The notes under the pieces were generated by a model. The model searched no databases, had not been told where the DNA came from, and saw nothing but the letters and a program-made list of their open reading frames with translations. From assembly GCA_965112735.1 (NCBI GenBank), contig OZ218963.1, positions 3,224,001 to 3,288,000 on the forward strand: DNA of 64,000 bases. Reading direction: 5' to 3'. The number at the start of each line of letters is the position of its first letter. Within the stretch, counting starts at the first letter, position 1. Positions 50,622-63,500 of the stretch are shown one piece after another. The position numbers and the translations under genes are program-made. Source of the stretch: Phaeosaccion multiseriatum (lineage: Eukaryota; Protista; Ochrophyta, other classes).

Positions 50622-53216
50622 TTATTCTTTTCGTCTCCTCGCGGAGCCCGCCCGCCTCCCCCGGCCTTTCCGTACCGGAGCATCTGCAGCAGCAGCAGCA
50701 GCAGGAGGAGGAGGAGCAACAGCTTCGTCGTCTCCCTTCCCGCCCACAGCAGGGGGATTGGGTGCGGCAGCAACGGCGGTGACAGGGGCAGAAGGGGTAG
50801 CTGCGGCCGCCTGGTTTGCCTGTAACGCTGCCGCGCCGACCCTCTTCACAAAGCCCTTGCGGTAGGCCATTGAGTTGACTCCCTCCAGCAGAATTTGGAT
50901 CAACTCCTCCTCGCCAGCCAGCGGTCTGATGAACACAATTCAATAAAAAAGTAATTGGGGACGGGAAAGGAAGGAAGGGTGTGGTGATGAGGTAAAAGAT
51001 AGGAGAGAGAGAGGGTGGGGGGGGCTGACAAGATAGAAGAGAGAGTGCCAAGGGACACGAGAAGGGTGGGGGAGCTCCTCAGCCCGCTCGTCATCATCCC
51101 CCCCTCGACGGAGCATACACCCCTACTCATACAGCGACAAGCGTACCGAGGCAAAGGCTCTCCACGTCCGTCCTCTCGACTGACGACAAGCTGCGGCGTG
51201 GGATCCTTGCTGCCGGTGCCGTTCTCCATGAGTTCCATCTTGAGCTGGCCCGTCGTGATGACGGAAAGGTCCGAGTCAAGGGACTCCCACGGCAGGCGCA
51301 CGACGTGCAAGCCTTCCTTGGCCGTTTGCACCGGCTGCACGCCGATGGGGCGCTCTCCGGACCTGGCCAGGGTAATGCTGACGCTGCGAAGAGCGTTTGG
51401 GCCCCACGTGCTGACGAGCCACTGGGCCATCTCCTTCCCTTTGGGCATGGCCTCGAAGTCCATTCTCAGCACCTGTGGAGGACACACACAAGAGTCACAA
51501 CAAGGGAGAGACAAGGAAGAGGCACGTGCGGGGAGGGGGGTTGGTGGGTGAGAATCGATAAAGCAGGCACTCCGCGAGTGAAGCGCTAATCACAACTCAG
51601 ACACAATTTCTTGCATTGAAGTGCCCGAGACAGTTCCTTGCATTGATATGTCCGGGCTTTCGTTTCTCCCCAACCAATGGGTGCGTGTGCTTATTTCAAA
51701 TACTCTTCTCTGTCTCGTTCTGTCTCTTCCTCCCGCTTTTCTCAGGGCTGGACTTGGTCATCGCGCAACACTACTTACCCTGACCCCGTCCGTGTCATCG
51801 AGCCGATTGAGCTCCTGCTTCCACTCCTCCTCTGTCGGAGGGACCTGGTGGAGAAAAGGAGGGGATGAAGTGAAGTGAGGTGACGCGATGAGAACTGCAC
51901 TCCTCTTGCCTGCCACCAAGGGAAGAGGGTACGAAGCAAAAGGGGAAGAGTTCGTTCGGTTCTCTGTTGTACCTTGGACTCGACGCTAACCACGCTGAAC
52001 TCGACGTTGCGTGTCCTCTCCTCCCCCTCCAGCACTCGGCCCACTACCTCGGCCACCGACGACCGTTGGCTCTTGGAGTTCTGCAAGTGGGAAGGAGGAG
52101 GAGGAGGAGGAGGAGGATGAGAGAGGTCTGGACTCAGCAGCCGTTCGCCATGCTTCCAGACAAACCAAATCCACCCCGCAAAAACTTGACGCCATCATGG
52201 GGTAAGCCAAGAAACCACCACGTCGGCAGAATGGAAAGCTTACAACATGTCACGTCCCAAGCCGCACAGCGCACCTGCATAGCCGTGAGGAGTGTCCCCT
52301 GGCCCAGGAGTACGCCCTGCCTGCTCCAACTGTCGTCGAGTTTGGGCTCCGCCTTGGGGCCCGTAACGAAGGGCAGTGGCCGAGGCTGCCCGGCATCTTC
52401 GCCAAAGAGCTCACCGCAGTGCACCACCACTTGAGTCGCACTCTCCACGTCTCTCACTGCGCTAAGAGAGGGCTCTAGCTTGCCTGAGGGAGGCGACACG
52501 AGGCATCAGGTCAGGGGCTGCTGTAAGCTTGTTTGGGCCTAGAGAAGAGATGTGACGAGGGGGGGGGGCGGGCAGGGTAAAAGGTCACAGCTGCAGGACC
52601 CACAAAGACCACAGGAGTAACCGCTAAATTCCTCCAACATTATGCATATGCGCACTCTGTTGTTCTTCGTCCTCACTTACCCAGCCCGAGGAACCCTGTA
52701 CTGCCCCTAACGTCATTGCCAGACTCAATGTGCATCAAGTACCGAACGGATGACGGAAGGTTGGCCACAACGTTGTGGACCAGATCGGCGGGAGGCAGCT
52801 CGTCCTCCTCTGTTGGGGAGAAGGGCACAACCATAGGGCGCAGGGAGAGGGGCAGGGTGTGAGTGCTTGAACCGTAGGCGTTGGTGTAAGAGCTTTGGGA
52901 TACTCAACAGCCTTGGGTTTAGGTCGATAGGAAGCAAGAAAGCGAGCACGAGTAGTGAGTGAAGGTGTGTTCGGCCCTGGACATGACTATGACATGCGCC
53001 GACCATAATCAGTAATCAGGCCTGGGAAAGGAAAATCAGGCTGGCTGGAGCCGGCCATAATAAAAAATCAGGCCGGCTGACGCCGGCCAAAATCAATAAC
53101 CAGGCCGGCTAGAACCGGCCATAATCAATAATCAGGCCTGGCTCAGCCATAATCAATAACCAGGGCGGCTGGCGCCGGCCATAATCAATAATCAGATAAT
53201 CATGTCCGGGGCCAAG

Positions 53217-53291
<75 letters not shown>

Positions 53292-53874
53292 TGCTTGGAT
53301 GGGGGCGCTGCTTCGCCACCGCATCGAGACATGTCTTATCACCAGGTGGAAGACGGAGTGAACCATATTAGTTAGGGGACTCCCAAATGCTGTATGTCCT
53401 GCAAAAGGACCTTTGTTTTTGCGCAGGGACGCAACGCCTCAAACAGAGAGACGTGAGCCTTCCCCTTCACTGCCCTCATCCCATTCTAAGTCCCTCACCT
53501 CCCACGTTGCCGGGGTCACGGCTGACGATGACGACCTTGGCCCCCTCAATCGCGCTTCCCGACGCGTCCTCCACCATCTCCACCTTCCTGCCTTTCCCCT
53601 TCTCCTGCAGTTTCTGGGCAATCACGCCCGCCAGTCCTCGCCGGGGACCCACCACCACCACCTTGTCCGAGCCTGCGGCCCCAGCCAGTGCCATTGTCGT
53701 CATGCTCCTGCTGCTGTGACTAGGACTACTCCTGCTGCAGCTGCTCCTGCTGCTGGCGAGCCCTGCTCGCCGGACTACAGTTCCCATGTGGAAAGCTTGA
53801 ATCTCCTGGCCATTCCATAAACATACTACCGCTACTGCTGCCGCTGTAGCCGCGCAAGAGCTCAGGCGATGCAT
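50622..53874 (-). CDS. Plastid-targeted protein with a degenerate Rossmann/atypical-SDR-like N-terminal domain, multi-exon
   Basis: Signal peptide + IQAF; KVVVVGPRRGLAGVIAQKLQEKG, SQRSSVAEVV; exons linked by GT-AG introns through to RRRKE*. Confidence 0.6.
52971..53215. mobile_element. Non-autonomous TIR element, copy A3 (more diverged), inside the first intron of the 50622-53874 gene
   Basis: TIR TCGGCCCTGGACATGACTAT / ATAATCATGTCCGGGGCCAA (17/20). About 7 degenerate array units. TSD ambiguous (GTGTGT left, GGGGTG then (GT)n right). Confidence 0.85.
53219..53288. repeat. (GT)n microsatellite abutting element A3
   Basis: Directly visible. Confidence 0.95.
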
Positions 53875-54134
53875 GCGGAAAGGTAAATGTGGGGGGGAGA
53901 GGGAGGCAAATTTCAGTTTCATGGCACCTATCGGTATTAATACAACAAAAACAATTGGGCGGGCGCTGCTATCCGCTATCGGCCGGAGCGCGCTATCGAG
54001 AATGTGGGCATTGTTTCAGGGGTCCACAACTACTTTTTTATATTTAGCAAACAAATGAGGAGGGGATGTGTGGTAAGAGAAGGGAGTATAGACAAGGGCG
54101 GAGAAGGAGAGTGAGTGGAGTTCCTCGCTCGCCC

Positions 54135-56228
54135 CTACGATCCGGCCCCTTGCTGCTGCCCCACGTGTGCGGAAGCTTCCGAGGCCTGCTGATGAACCTC
54201 AATGGGCTTGCCCTCATTCTCCCGCACCGCCTTGAAATACGGGTGATCCATGGCGTCTCGCGCGGTGAGACGTTCCTGATGGTCATACCGCAGCAGCTGA
54301 GACACAAAGCTGATGGCGTCGTCACTGACTAAGTGCTGGTTCTCTGGCGTGATGAACTTTTGCCATGGCTTTTGGCTATGCCGGCCCAAAATGCCGTCGA
54401 AGTGAGGGTCCAATTCAAGCTCATACTTGTCCAGGTAGTTAAAGAGCTCGTCCGTGCCAATCACCTTGGCGATTTTGACGAGCTGATCATAGTTATCGTG
54501 CCCGTGGAAAAACGGCTCCTTTCTGAACACCATGCCGGCAAACATGCACCCCAGGCTCCACATGTCCAAGCTGTAGTCATACTCCTGGAGGTCCACCAAC
54601 AGCTCCGGGCCTTTGAAGTACCTGCTCGCTACCCTGGCGTTGTACTCCCTGTTGGGGTGGTAGAACTCCGCTAACCCCCAATCAATGAGCCGAAGCTGAC
54701 GCTTCTCGTGGTCGATCATGACGTTGTGCGGCTTGACATCTCTGTGCATAATTCCGTTACTGCGGACAAGCATGACAGAAACAAAACACAACGCGAGCCC
54801 GGCGATGAGATGGACAGCGAAGATATTGCGTCAGTGCTTGGTACATCCAAAGAGAGTGCGGAGGAGGAAGAACCAGATGCTTCCTCGTTTTCCTTCCTCC
54901 TTCCCCCAGCGCTACATTCGTGATAACATTCTGCATAGGGAAAATTGGTGCCACCACACTTTCGTGACGAACCTATGGCAGTATTCCAGGGCCTTGAGTA
55001 GCTCGTGGATGTAGTAGCGAATGTCATAGTCAGTGAGGGTGGGGTACATGACCTTGAAGTCCCTGTTGTTGATGTACTCAAACACCAGCGACGGCGTCTT
55101 ACTTTGTGGGTCACGCACCACATCTAATAGCTGGACAATGTTCGTACCACCGCACAGATTCTGCAGAATCTTAATCTCTCTGCGGGTTGAGACGGGGAAG
55201 CAGTTACGGTAACCAAACCAGAGTTTGGGTCGTAGAAGCGCACAGGGCGGTGGCAGAGGAGGATCACATGCCAAGGACGGAGAGAGAGAGAAGAGAGTGA
55301 GAGAGAGGCATGTCCCAAGGAGGAAGACAGAGAGATAGAGTCAGACCTACCCTCCTTTATGGCAGTGCGCACAAACACACGTACACGGCAGCCTGGGCGG
55401 TGCGCGTGTGTGGGAAATCACCTAACACCCAACGTCAATCGCTTACCGCTTTATCTTCTTCTTCTTGACTGGTTTGAGGATCTTGATGACACATTTGGTG
55501 TTGTTGACCACATTCATGCCCTCGAACACCTCCGAATACTTGCCCCTCCCGATTTTGCGAATCACTTCATAGTCCTCCTGCAAGGACATGAGAGTTCAGG
55601 TTGTTAGCTCTGGATCGGAGCCCGCGGAAACCACTGGGAGACAGGGCCAGAAGGCGCAGGGGCACTTGGGTGGCGGAGCTCTAAGCCAAAACAACAAGAG
55701 ACATGTCACTTTCTTTATCCCGCTCTTCACACCGGAGGGGGGACTAAACCCGCTGTCTCCTCTGTGCTTTCCTCCCTCACTCACCTGATCTCCCCAGTTC
55801 ACAACCAAGCTTTCGTAATCCCAGTACTCACGTGGCCTGTGCACGTTCACATCCTTGTACACCCTGGTACGGAATTTGAACAACAGCGCAACAAGGGGGG
55901 GGGGGAAGCGGCATTAAAGGTCTTGTGATGAGCGAATTTTCATGCAGGACAGGAGGGAGCGAAAGGAAACAAGAGTGTGGTGACCAGCAGCGAGTAAAAG
56001 GCCCATACTCGGGCTCGGAGTGGGGGGGGGGAGAACGGAGAGCGATGGCGAGCGGCAATTCTCATTCTCCCTCCCAATCAAGCCCTGTGCTCTTCAAAAG
56101 AAGCATTCCAGACGTGACAGACTTGGCACTACCCAAGCACTCAGGTCCTCACTACAAAGTGGTGTCTCAGGCACTTCCCTAGCCAAGCCGCTCCACGCTC
56201 CCAAGACTACTCACCTTGCCGTGCTCAT
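54135..56228 (-). CDS. CKA1: Casein kinase II alpha catalytic subunit, 5 exons
   Basis: [76 protein letters not shown]. Confidence 0.97.
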
Positions 56229-56615
56229 TGGCGGACGCTTGCGCGAAGCCAAGGCGCTTTTAGTATAAGAGACCGCTGCGGCCCCTATTCCCCTTCCTCT
56301 CAGCTTGATGAAAGTTGGTGAATCAGGACGCTGCTTGCTATTTTAGGTTTGGGGCGTCTGGAAAAAGTACGAGCAGTGTGGGCCAAGTGGGCCCGGGGGG
56401 GGGAAGGGGCTAATTTCAGTTTCCATTTGAGGGTCGGTTGGTTGGTTGGTTGGTTGGCCATATTCTTCTCGATCCTCGAGCTCCTCTGCGCGGTCTGGTG
56501 GTCTGACCCCTTGAAGCAGAGTAGATTTGCTATACATAGCGTATACCAAGGGGGGGGGGGGAAAGCGTGGAAGAGAATTGCATGTAGGTGACAAGGTGAG
56601 CATGTAATTGGTTCA

Positions 56616-59600
56616 TCAGTCGCTATCGGATACCTCTATCTCTACCCCGCCGCCGTCGTTCCCGCCGCTGGCCCCTCCGGCTTCGCCACCATCGTTCTCA
56701 TCATCACCCTCATCTTCAGTACCGTAGTCACTTCCACTGTCGGCATCAACCCCTTGATCAGAGCGGCGTTGTCCGGTGCCAGACTCCTCCTCCTCCTCCT
56801 CCTCCTCCTCCTCCTCCTCCTCCTCTTCCTCCTCCTCCTCCTCCTCCTCCTCAACGTCCATCCTATCATCTCCTCGCCCATCATCTTGCTCGCCCTCGAC
56901 ATCGTTGTCCGACCGCTCCAGAGAACCCCCTTCCGTATGACTCCCTCCTCTTCGTCCCACATGGTCAGCGTCACTGCTCTCCTCCACCCTTGACCGGCGA
57001 CCCGCCCTACTCCCTTCACCTCCCGTAACTGATGCGCAAGGGGATGACTCAGCGGCGCTCACTGATCGAGGCCCCTCATCAGCCTCACACACTTCCATGG
57101 TCCCAAGGCGGCAGCTCTCTTTCCCCACCTCCTTGTCGTTCTCATTGTCACCATCATCACCAGACCCAAAGTCCTCGCTCTCATTGCGTCGATCCCCGCC
57201 TCCGCCCTCCTCTTCCTCAGCATCTGCCTCCTCCTTCTCCTCGTCCTCCTCCCCCTTTTCCTCGTCCTCCTCGTCCGCCCCTTCTTCGTTCTCCTTGTCG
57301 GCTGCTTCCCCCTCTTCCCCCTCCTCCTCGTCCTCCTCGTCCTCCTCGTCCAACTCCCCCTCGTCCTCCTCCTTCTCCTCCTCACTCTCCTCATCAACAT
57401 CCCTGCTGTCCGCGTTCTCCACCCACTCCTCATCGCTTTCCTGAATCTCCTCCCCGCGGAGAAGGTCGAGAACGATTTTTCTTCGCAGTCGGGGAATGTC
57501 GAGGTGGCAGAAGCCGAAACTCTTCCCCCTGGAGATTCGGTTGGCAAACATGACCGTGAAAACTCCGCAGTCGAAGAGGTTCTTCTGCTGGGGTGTGGGG
57601 GGAAACACGCGAGGCCACTCACTCATGTCAAAGGGCTCCTTCCGCTTGGACAACGACTCGTCATTGACATACTTTGCCAAGTTCTCCAGGGCCACCGCGT
57701 ACTCTCCAGACATGGAGTCATAGTACTCCAGCCTCCTTTCCTTGAAATTGACAGCAGCAAGGGTCCAATGGTTGAGCCCGACGTTGATTGGCGCCAAGAA
57801 GTAGTCCAGATCGAAGAGATTGACCTTAACTCTCTTGGTGTAGTTTCGGACATTGTGGTACGAGTAGCCTTCGTAGTTTTCTGACAGCTGCGTGTAGAAG
57901 AACGTCTTCATAATTGCGCATTTGAGACGGGGCTCTGTGTCTGTGCTGCTGCCCCCCTCCTGTGTGGGAAAGGTACGACGCTTTGCCTGCAACACCTTGA
58001 GGTACAGATTGACGACCTGTGGGCGTGGCGAGGGGGTGGGAGGAGGGGCGGCGGTGGGGGTCGTGAAGGTGGGATGAAAAGGTAAGAGACGTCGTCACAC
58101 CTAGATAGATAGATGTAGATACATAGATATACAGATAAATAGATAGATAGCCCCAGAGGAACGAACAAAAGAGTAGTAGTAGAGCCTCTTGCAAGGATTC
58201 CTTCGCACCAACACCACCAAGAGTGAAGAACGCTTATTGTGTGCTGACGACAAAGCGGTCCGTCAAGATGCTAATTGAAGCAAGCGTACCTGATCGTTGA
58301 GCAAGCACTTGTCCTTCAGCGTGGCCATTGACCTCCTCGTCACTACTTCGTTGAATGCTTCCACCAGCTCCTGCTCTTTCTCGCCGTCGGCCCACGCGCC
58401 TCGAATCTTGAGGAAATGAACAAACAAGGCAGGCAAAGCGAAAGGTGTACCCTCCGGTCAGTCTCAAGCTTTGGGTTGGGACGAGGGAGGAGAGCCAAAC
58501 GGCACAATCCAGGTCAATCCGTCACTTTGTGAATGACACTAAACGTCCAGTGGTCACAGAAGGTATCGAAGGAAATCCCTCTGAGCAGCTCAGGGCATAC
58601 ATGTTATACCTGGTCCGCCTCCTCTGGAGTGAAGAACTGAAGCACATCAGCGCCTCCGTCTGCACTCCTCGACTCCGCTGAGCTCCCCTCCGCTTCTTCC
58701 CCGCTGCCTCCTTCTGCCTCATCATCATGCTGCTCCTCTCCAGCCTCCATTGTGTTTGCCTTCTGCTCCTGCGCGTCCTCCTCATCCTCGTCTACAAGGA
58801 GAGGTCTCTCCACCGTGAGGCCCCCGTCGTGGGGCTGAGGGGCGCGTTTGTCGTCGGACAAGACCCTTCGCAATGCGTCGCGCTTCACCCCTTCAGCCTT
58901 TTCGGGGTATCTGCTCCCCGCCATTGGGGCGGTTGAGTCAGTCAATGTGCATGAGTGAGTGCGGGAGCGAGTCAAGCGGCAAGGGAGGCACTCAGGCTGG
59001 CAAGTAGAAGGTGGAAAGAGGCCGATCATGCACCCTAGTGATGGAAAGTACGAGACACAGGCAGGCCTCTTACCTTGACTGAAGCTTTTGGGCCTGCAGA
59101 TCCGCCTGATTCAGGAATTGCGCCTGGAGGCTTTGTGTGTGCTTCGCTGCGAGCACTCGGAGATGGTCCAGGTGCTTCCTGGAATGAATGGCTCTCTGGA
59201 GGGAGGCGGACACGACAACAGAATACACTCAAACAGTTAGCACCCCGTGGCATGGCAGGCCTAGAAACTGCGCTCCTGCTATGCACCTCAGCGAATTCCA
59301 GCTCTTCTGCTGTCAATGGTCCAGTCAGAGCCGAAGCGCCCAATGAGGCAGCCAGACGATGATACATCGGCGCAGATTGATAGCGCTGCTGCTGCTCTGG
59401 TGGGCTCTGGAGTTGCTCGTCCTGAGCATAGTAGGAGGGGCGTTGGTAGGCCGCGTTATCCCTTGCATCATCACCGACATTGGGTGCCATTTCGCGGAGC
59501 GGAAGGAGGGGCCGTAAAGAAGAAGAACAAGAGGAAGAAGCCCCGAGCTGCCACTGGGAATGGCGTCCATGATGATCGTGGTGGTGTTGGTGCTGAACCT

Positions 59601-60499
59601 CGTCTGGTTCATACTGGAGCTGCTGAGGTGCATTCTCCTTCCTCGCGGCAGCCAATCCCGCTAGTCCCCGATGCCCAAAGTCGCGTTGCTCCACCCTCCC
59701 TCTGCGCTGCTTCGCATCCGTCACAATGCCTGCGAGGCCCCTCTCCCAGTTCCCCGGTGACGGAGAGTAGGCATCTTTCCCCTGTCGGCCCCCAAGCTCC
59801 TGCAAAAGAAGGAGTCATGAGGTTAACAGGAGTCCGGGTGAACAAGACCAAAGGGGGGAGCAATGCCAAGAATTCAAGCCCATCGACAAGAACCGGATGT
59901 GTGTACGTTCGCACCGATTCCTTCGCCTTGAACGGAGGCATAGATGAACGGAAGTCCAAGAGACTGGACCGCCTTTCAGCATCGCCGCCATTGAAGCCGT
60001 CGCTGCAGCCGCTTCCATCTGGTCTCCGAGTGGAAGTATCGTCGGCACGAGGGGGGGCGCCAGGGGGCAGTGCTTTCATTGAGCGAAGGAGGCAGCCTTA
60101 GCGCCAGCCACCTGCCTTCAAAGGTTTCGACCCCGTGGCGCAAACGTAGGTCTGCCACACCCTCAAGCTAGAACAAGACCGAGAGAGCCGTACGTGAAGC
60201 CCCCCTTTCAGCCTTCCCCTCCCCACAAGGGGTCCGTTCTCAAGCCCACCCCCCTCATGCTTGCTTCCCTCGATCCACGCACCTCCTCGTCTTGTTTCTT
60301 GGGATTCCCACCTCTCCCTCTTCTCCTCGATCCTCCTTTGTCGCTTGAGTACAGGCGTGTTAAAGTACGACTCGTTGCTTACTTCTCCTCCCCAATTCAG
60401 ACTCAGCGCCGAGTGGGGAGGGGCGTCCAAGCTGTGGCGCTTCCTGCCCTGCCCCTGACCCCCGCCCCTTTCTCGCCTTCGATTGTCGAGATAAGCCAT
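56616..60499 (-). CDS. Ulp1/SENP-family SUMO protease (peptidase C48) with an acidic C-terminal tail, multi-exon
   Basis: WLND/QVVNLY, TFFYTQL, HWTLAAVN, YYDSM, PQQKNLFDCGVF (catalytic His, Asp, Gln, Cys). Confidence 0.93.
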
Positions 60500-60564
60500 T
60501 TTCTAGGAAGGAAGGAAGGAAAGGGGGGGGGGGGGATGGCACTTATGGGTGTAATAGATCACCA

Positions 60565-63500
60565 ATGGCCAAAGCTCTCATTTCCTCCACCAGACCGTGG
60601 CTGATGTTTGAATCCGCGGATAGGTTGGGCCTTTCGGCTCAAGGGGATGTCTATTACAAGGCAATCAAACAGGGAGGAGAGGTGTACAATGTGGGGGACT
60701 GCGTTATCATCGAAGGTGACTCGAACTTGTGAGTGAAGGACGGGGAGGAGCTGTGCTTCACGGCGTAAAGCACCACCCTCTTGCTGACAGCTGCACAACG
60801 CTCCTGGCCGGCGTCGTTCTTTATTCATCCATTCCACGACCGCAGAGACTCTGGAGTGGCTGAGCTGCTGCACCTGTGGCACCCGAGAGAAGATGCCAGC
60901 ACGGGCAGGATGGAGTATAGGTGGTTTTACCGGTCTTGGGACGTAGAAAACATGTACGTGTCCCCCGATTCATCGTCGAAGAGGAAGAGCACTTTCGCTC
61001 ACACCGCTCTTTTTCCTTTTGTGCGCAGCGTAACGACTACCCTCGCCGCATCTCTCTCGACAGGTGTACGGACGACGAAGTAGACGAAGCAGAGATATTT
61101 GAGTCGGACCAAGTGGCGGAGAGCCTGCCAGTAGTGAGTGTTTGTGGTTCCCCTTTCTTTCCTTCGTGGGGGGCGGGGTTACACGGGTGGCAGTGTGGTT
61201 GACTATTGGGGGTTTGTTTTCCACTGAAACAGCCCTCTTCCCTCCTCCACTCCTTCTTTTCTGTGCCCCCCATTCCTCTGCTGGGGCTCAGGATACCATC
61301 GTGAGAAAGGTCTGTGTCCTCGATTTCGACTCCTATGTTGACTGGAAAGGTGAAGGGCACGCGACGAAAAGGCCAGAGCCAAGGGAGCAAGGCGTTAATG
61401 AAAGGTCGCCACTGGCCTTGGATGTGGGCGAGGACTGCAGCTTTGATCGCACTAACTTCTTCTGCAGAAAGATGTACTACGAGAAGTGGAAAATGATTTC
61501 CCCGGTGTGGAACAGGAATGGCATGGAGGATGGTACAGATCGGCGGCAGCGAGCTCTCCTGTATAGCCGAAGGAAACCTCATCTCCCGTCGACTTTCTCG
61601 CCCTCGCTGCAAAAGGCAGCAACCCATTCGGAAGACTCGATTGCTTCGCACCTGAAAGAAACAAGTCCATCAGAGACACCTGTCAGCAGCAGCAGCCCTC
61701 GCAAGAGAGGGGGACAGGAGTTTGAGGACGATGAGAAGGAGGTGGAGAGAGAACAGAGGCATGCCCGGAAAAGACATCGGTGTGAGCAGCGCCAAGAGCA
61801 ATGCAGGCAACACCTTGCAGACTTGCAGCAGGCAATGGTTTGTCTGCAGCTCTCTGCCGTGCCCGAGACGCTGCCCTGCAGGGAGGAGGAAAGAAAGAAG
61901 ATGTACGGGCTAATACTGTCCGCCCTAAGGTCTGAGAGCAAGGGGGGTAGCATGTACATCCATGGCATGCCCGGAACGGGGAAGACTGCCACTGTGAAGG
62001 AGGTGGTCCGCGCACTGCAGAGGGAGAGCCACACGACAGGCGTGGCCGCACTACTGGAGGAGGAGGAGGAGGAGGAGGAGGAGGAGGAGGAGGAGGAGGA
62101 GGAGGGCTTCACCGTGGGCAAAGCCAAAGGAAAGGGGAAAGGGAAAGGGAAAGGGGGTAGGAGGAAGCCACAACAGGAAAAAAGGGAGGTAAAGGGCAGA
62201 GAAAAAGGCGCATCCCGAGTAATGGCCCAGACGGGGCCTGACGCAACAGGAGCAGCAGATTGGTCAATGAGGCCCGCGGCGGTTCCAGTTCCGCCGTTTC
62301 AGCTGGTGGAGATCAACGCTATGCGTCTGCAGAGTCCCGAGCAGGCGTACTCCGTGCTCTGGGCAGCGATGCAGGGAGGCAGGCTGCAGCCCAAAGAAGC
62401 TTTGCGACGGCTCGAGAGGTGGGGGTGACTGTTCCTTTGCTTTTTCTTTTGCTTTTGCTTTTGCGTCTCCCAACACACGCAAGAATGATGTCTGACACCA
62501 CAACCCCACGGGACGACAAGAAGGCCGTTTGGGCTGTTGCTGCTGCTACAGCTTCTTCTTCCCCACCAGAGTCCTAACGGTTCCATGTCCCTTCCTTGCC
62601 CGACCGGGCAATGTGCCGGCTGGGGTGCATTGCCTGGGTTGCATTGCTCTGCATGTGTAGACTCTTGTCCAGTAAAGACACCGCTCGCAAGATGGTTGTG
62701 GTGCTGGTGGACGAGCTGGACTTCATGGTCACGCCCAAGGAGGTGGAGATTTACAACTTGTTCAATTGGCCGGCCCAGGAGGGGTCGCATTTGATCGTCA
62801 TTGGCATATCCAACACCATGGATCTGCCGGAGCGCCTCAACGTAAGTGTGTGGTGTGGTGGTGGTAGTCGTGGTCGTGGTGGTGGTGATGTGGTGGTGGT
62901 GATGCGGTGGTGGTGGAAAAGAAGGAGTGACAGGTGATAGTCATAACGGTGAGGCAGAGTAGGAACGCTCGGGCTCGACAATGAAGTGCATGTGGGTGAG
63001 TAGACAAGGGGGGAGGAGGTCAAGAGACGAGGATGAGGTCGAGGATGCAGGTCGGGAGGGAGAGGGAGTAGTCATGGAGGCGGAAGTGGGGGAAGGGGAC
63101 GAAAGATGAGCGAAAGGATTGGGACAATCTGGGGAGAGGACTGAGGGAGCTTGGCACGTGAAGACTTCCGCCGCGCACGGACGCGTAACGTAGATGCTCC
63201 CTCTCTCCCCTCCCCGGCCCGCTCCGCTCCGTTGTGTCTTGTGTGTTTGCGTTTCTGACTGACACGACGCACCCTTTGTGGGCGCACCTCGCCCCCCTCA
63301 GCCGCGGGTATTTAGCAGACTCGCCGCCTCCAATCGGATCGTGTTCGGGTCGTACACCCACAAGCACATCAATGCCATCCTCAAGGAGAGGCTGGGGGGG
63401 CTCAAGGCGTTCTGTCCGGTAGCTGTCGAGCTCGCGGGTAAGGAGATGGGTGTGACAACAAGGAGGAGGGGGAGGAGGAGGAGGAGGAGGAGGAGGAGGA

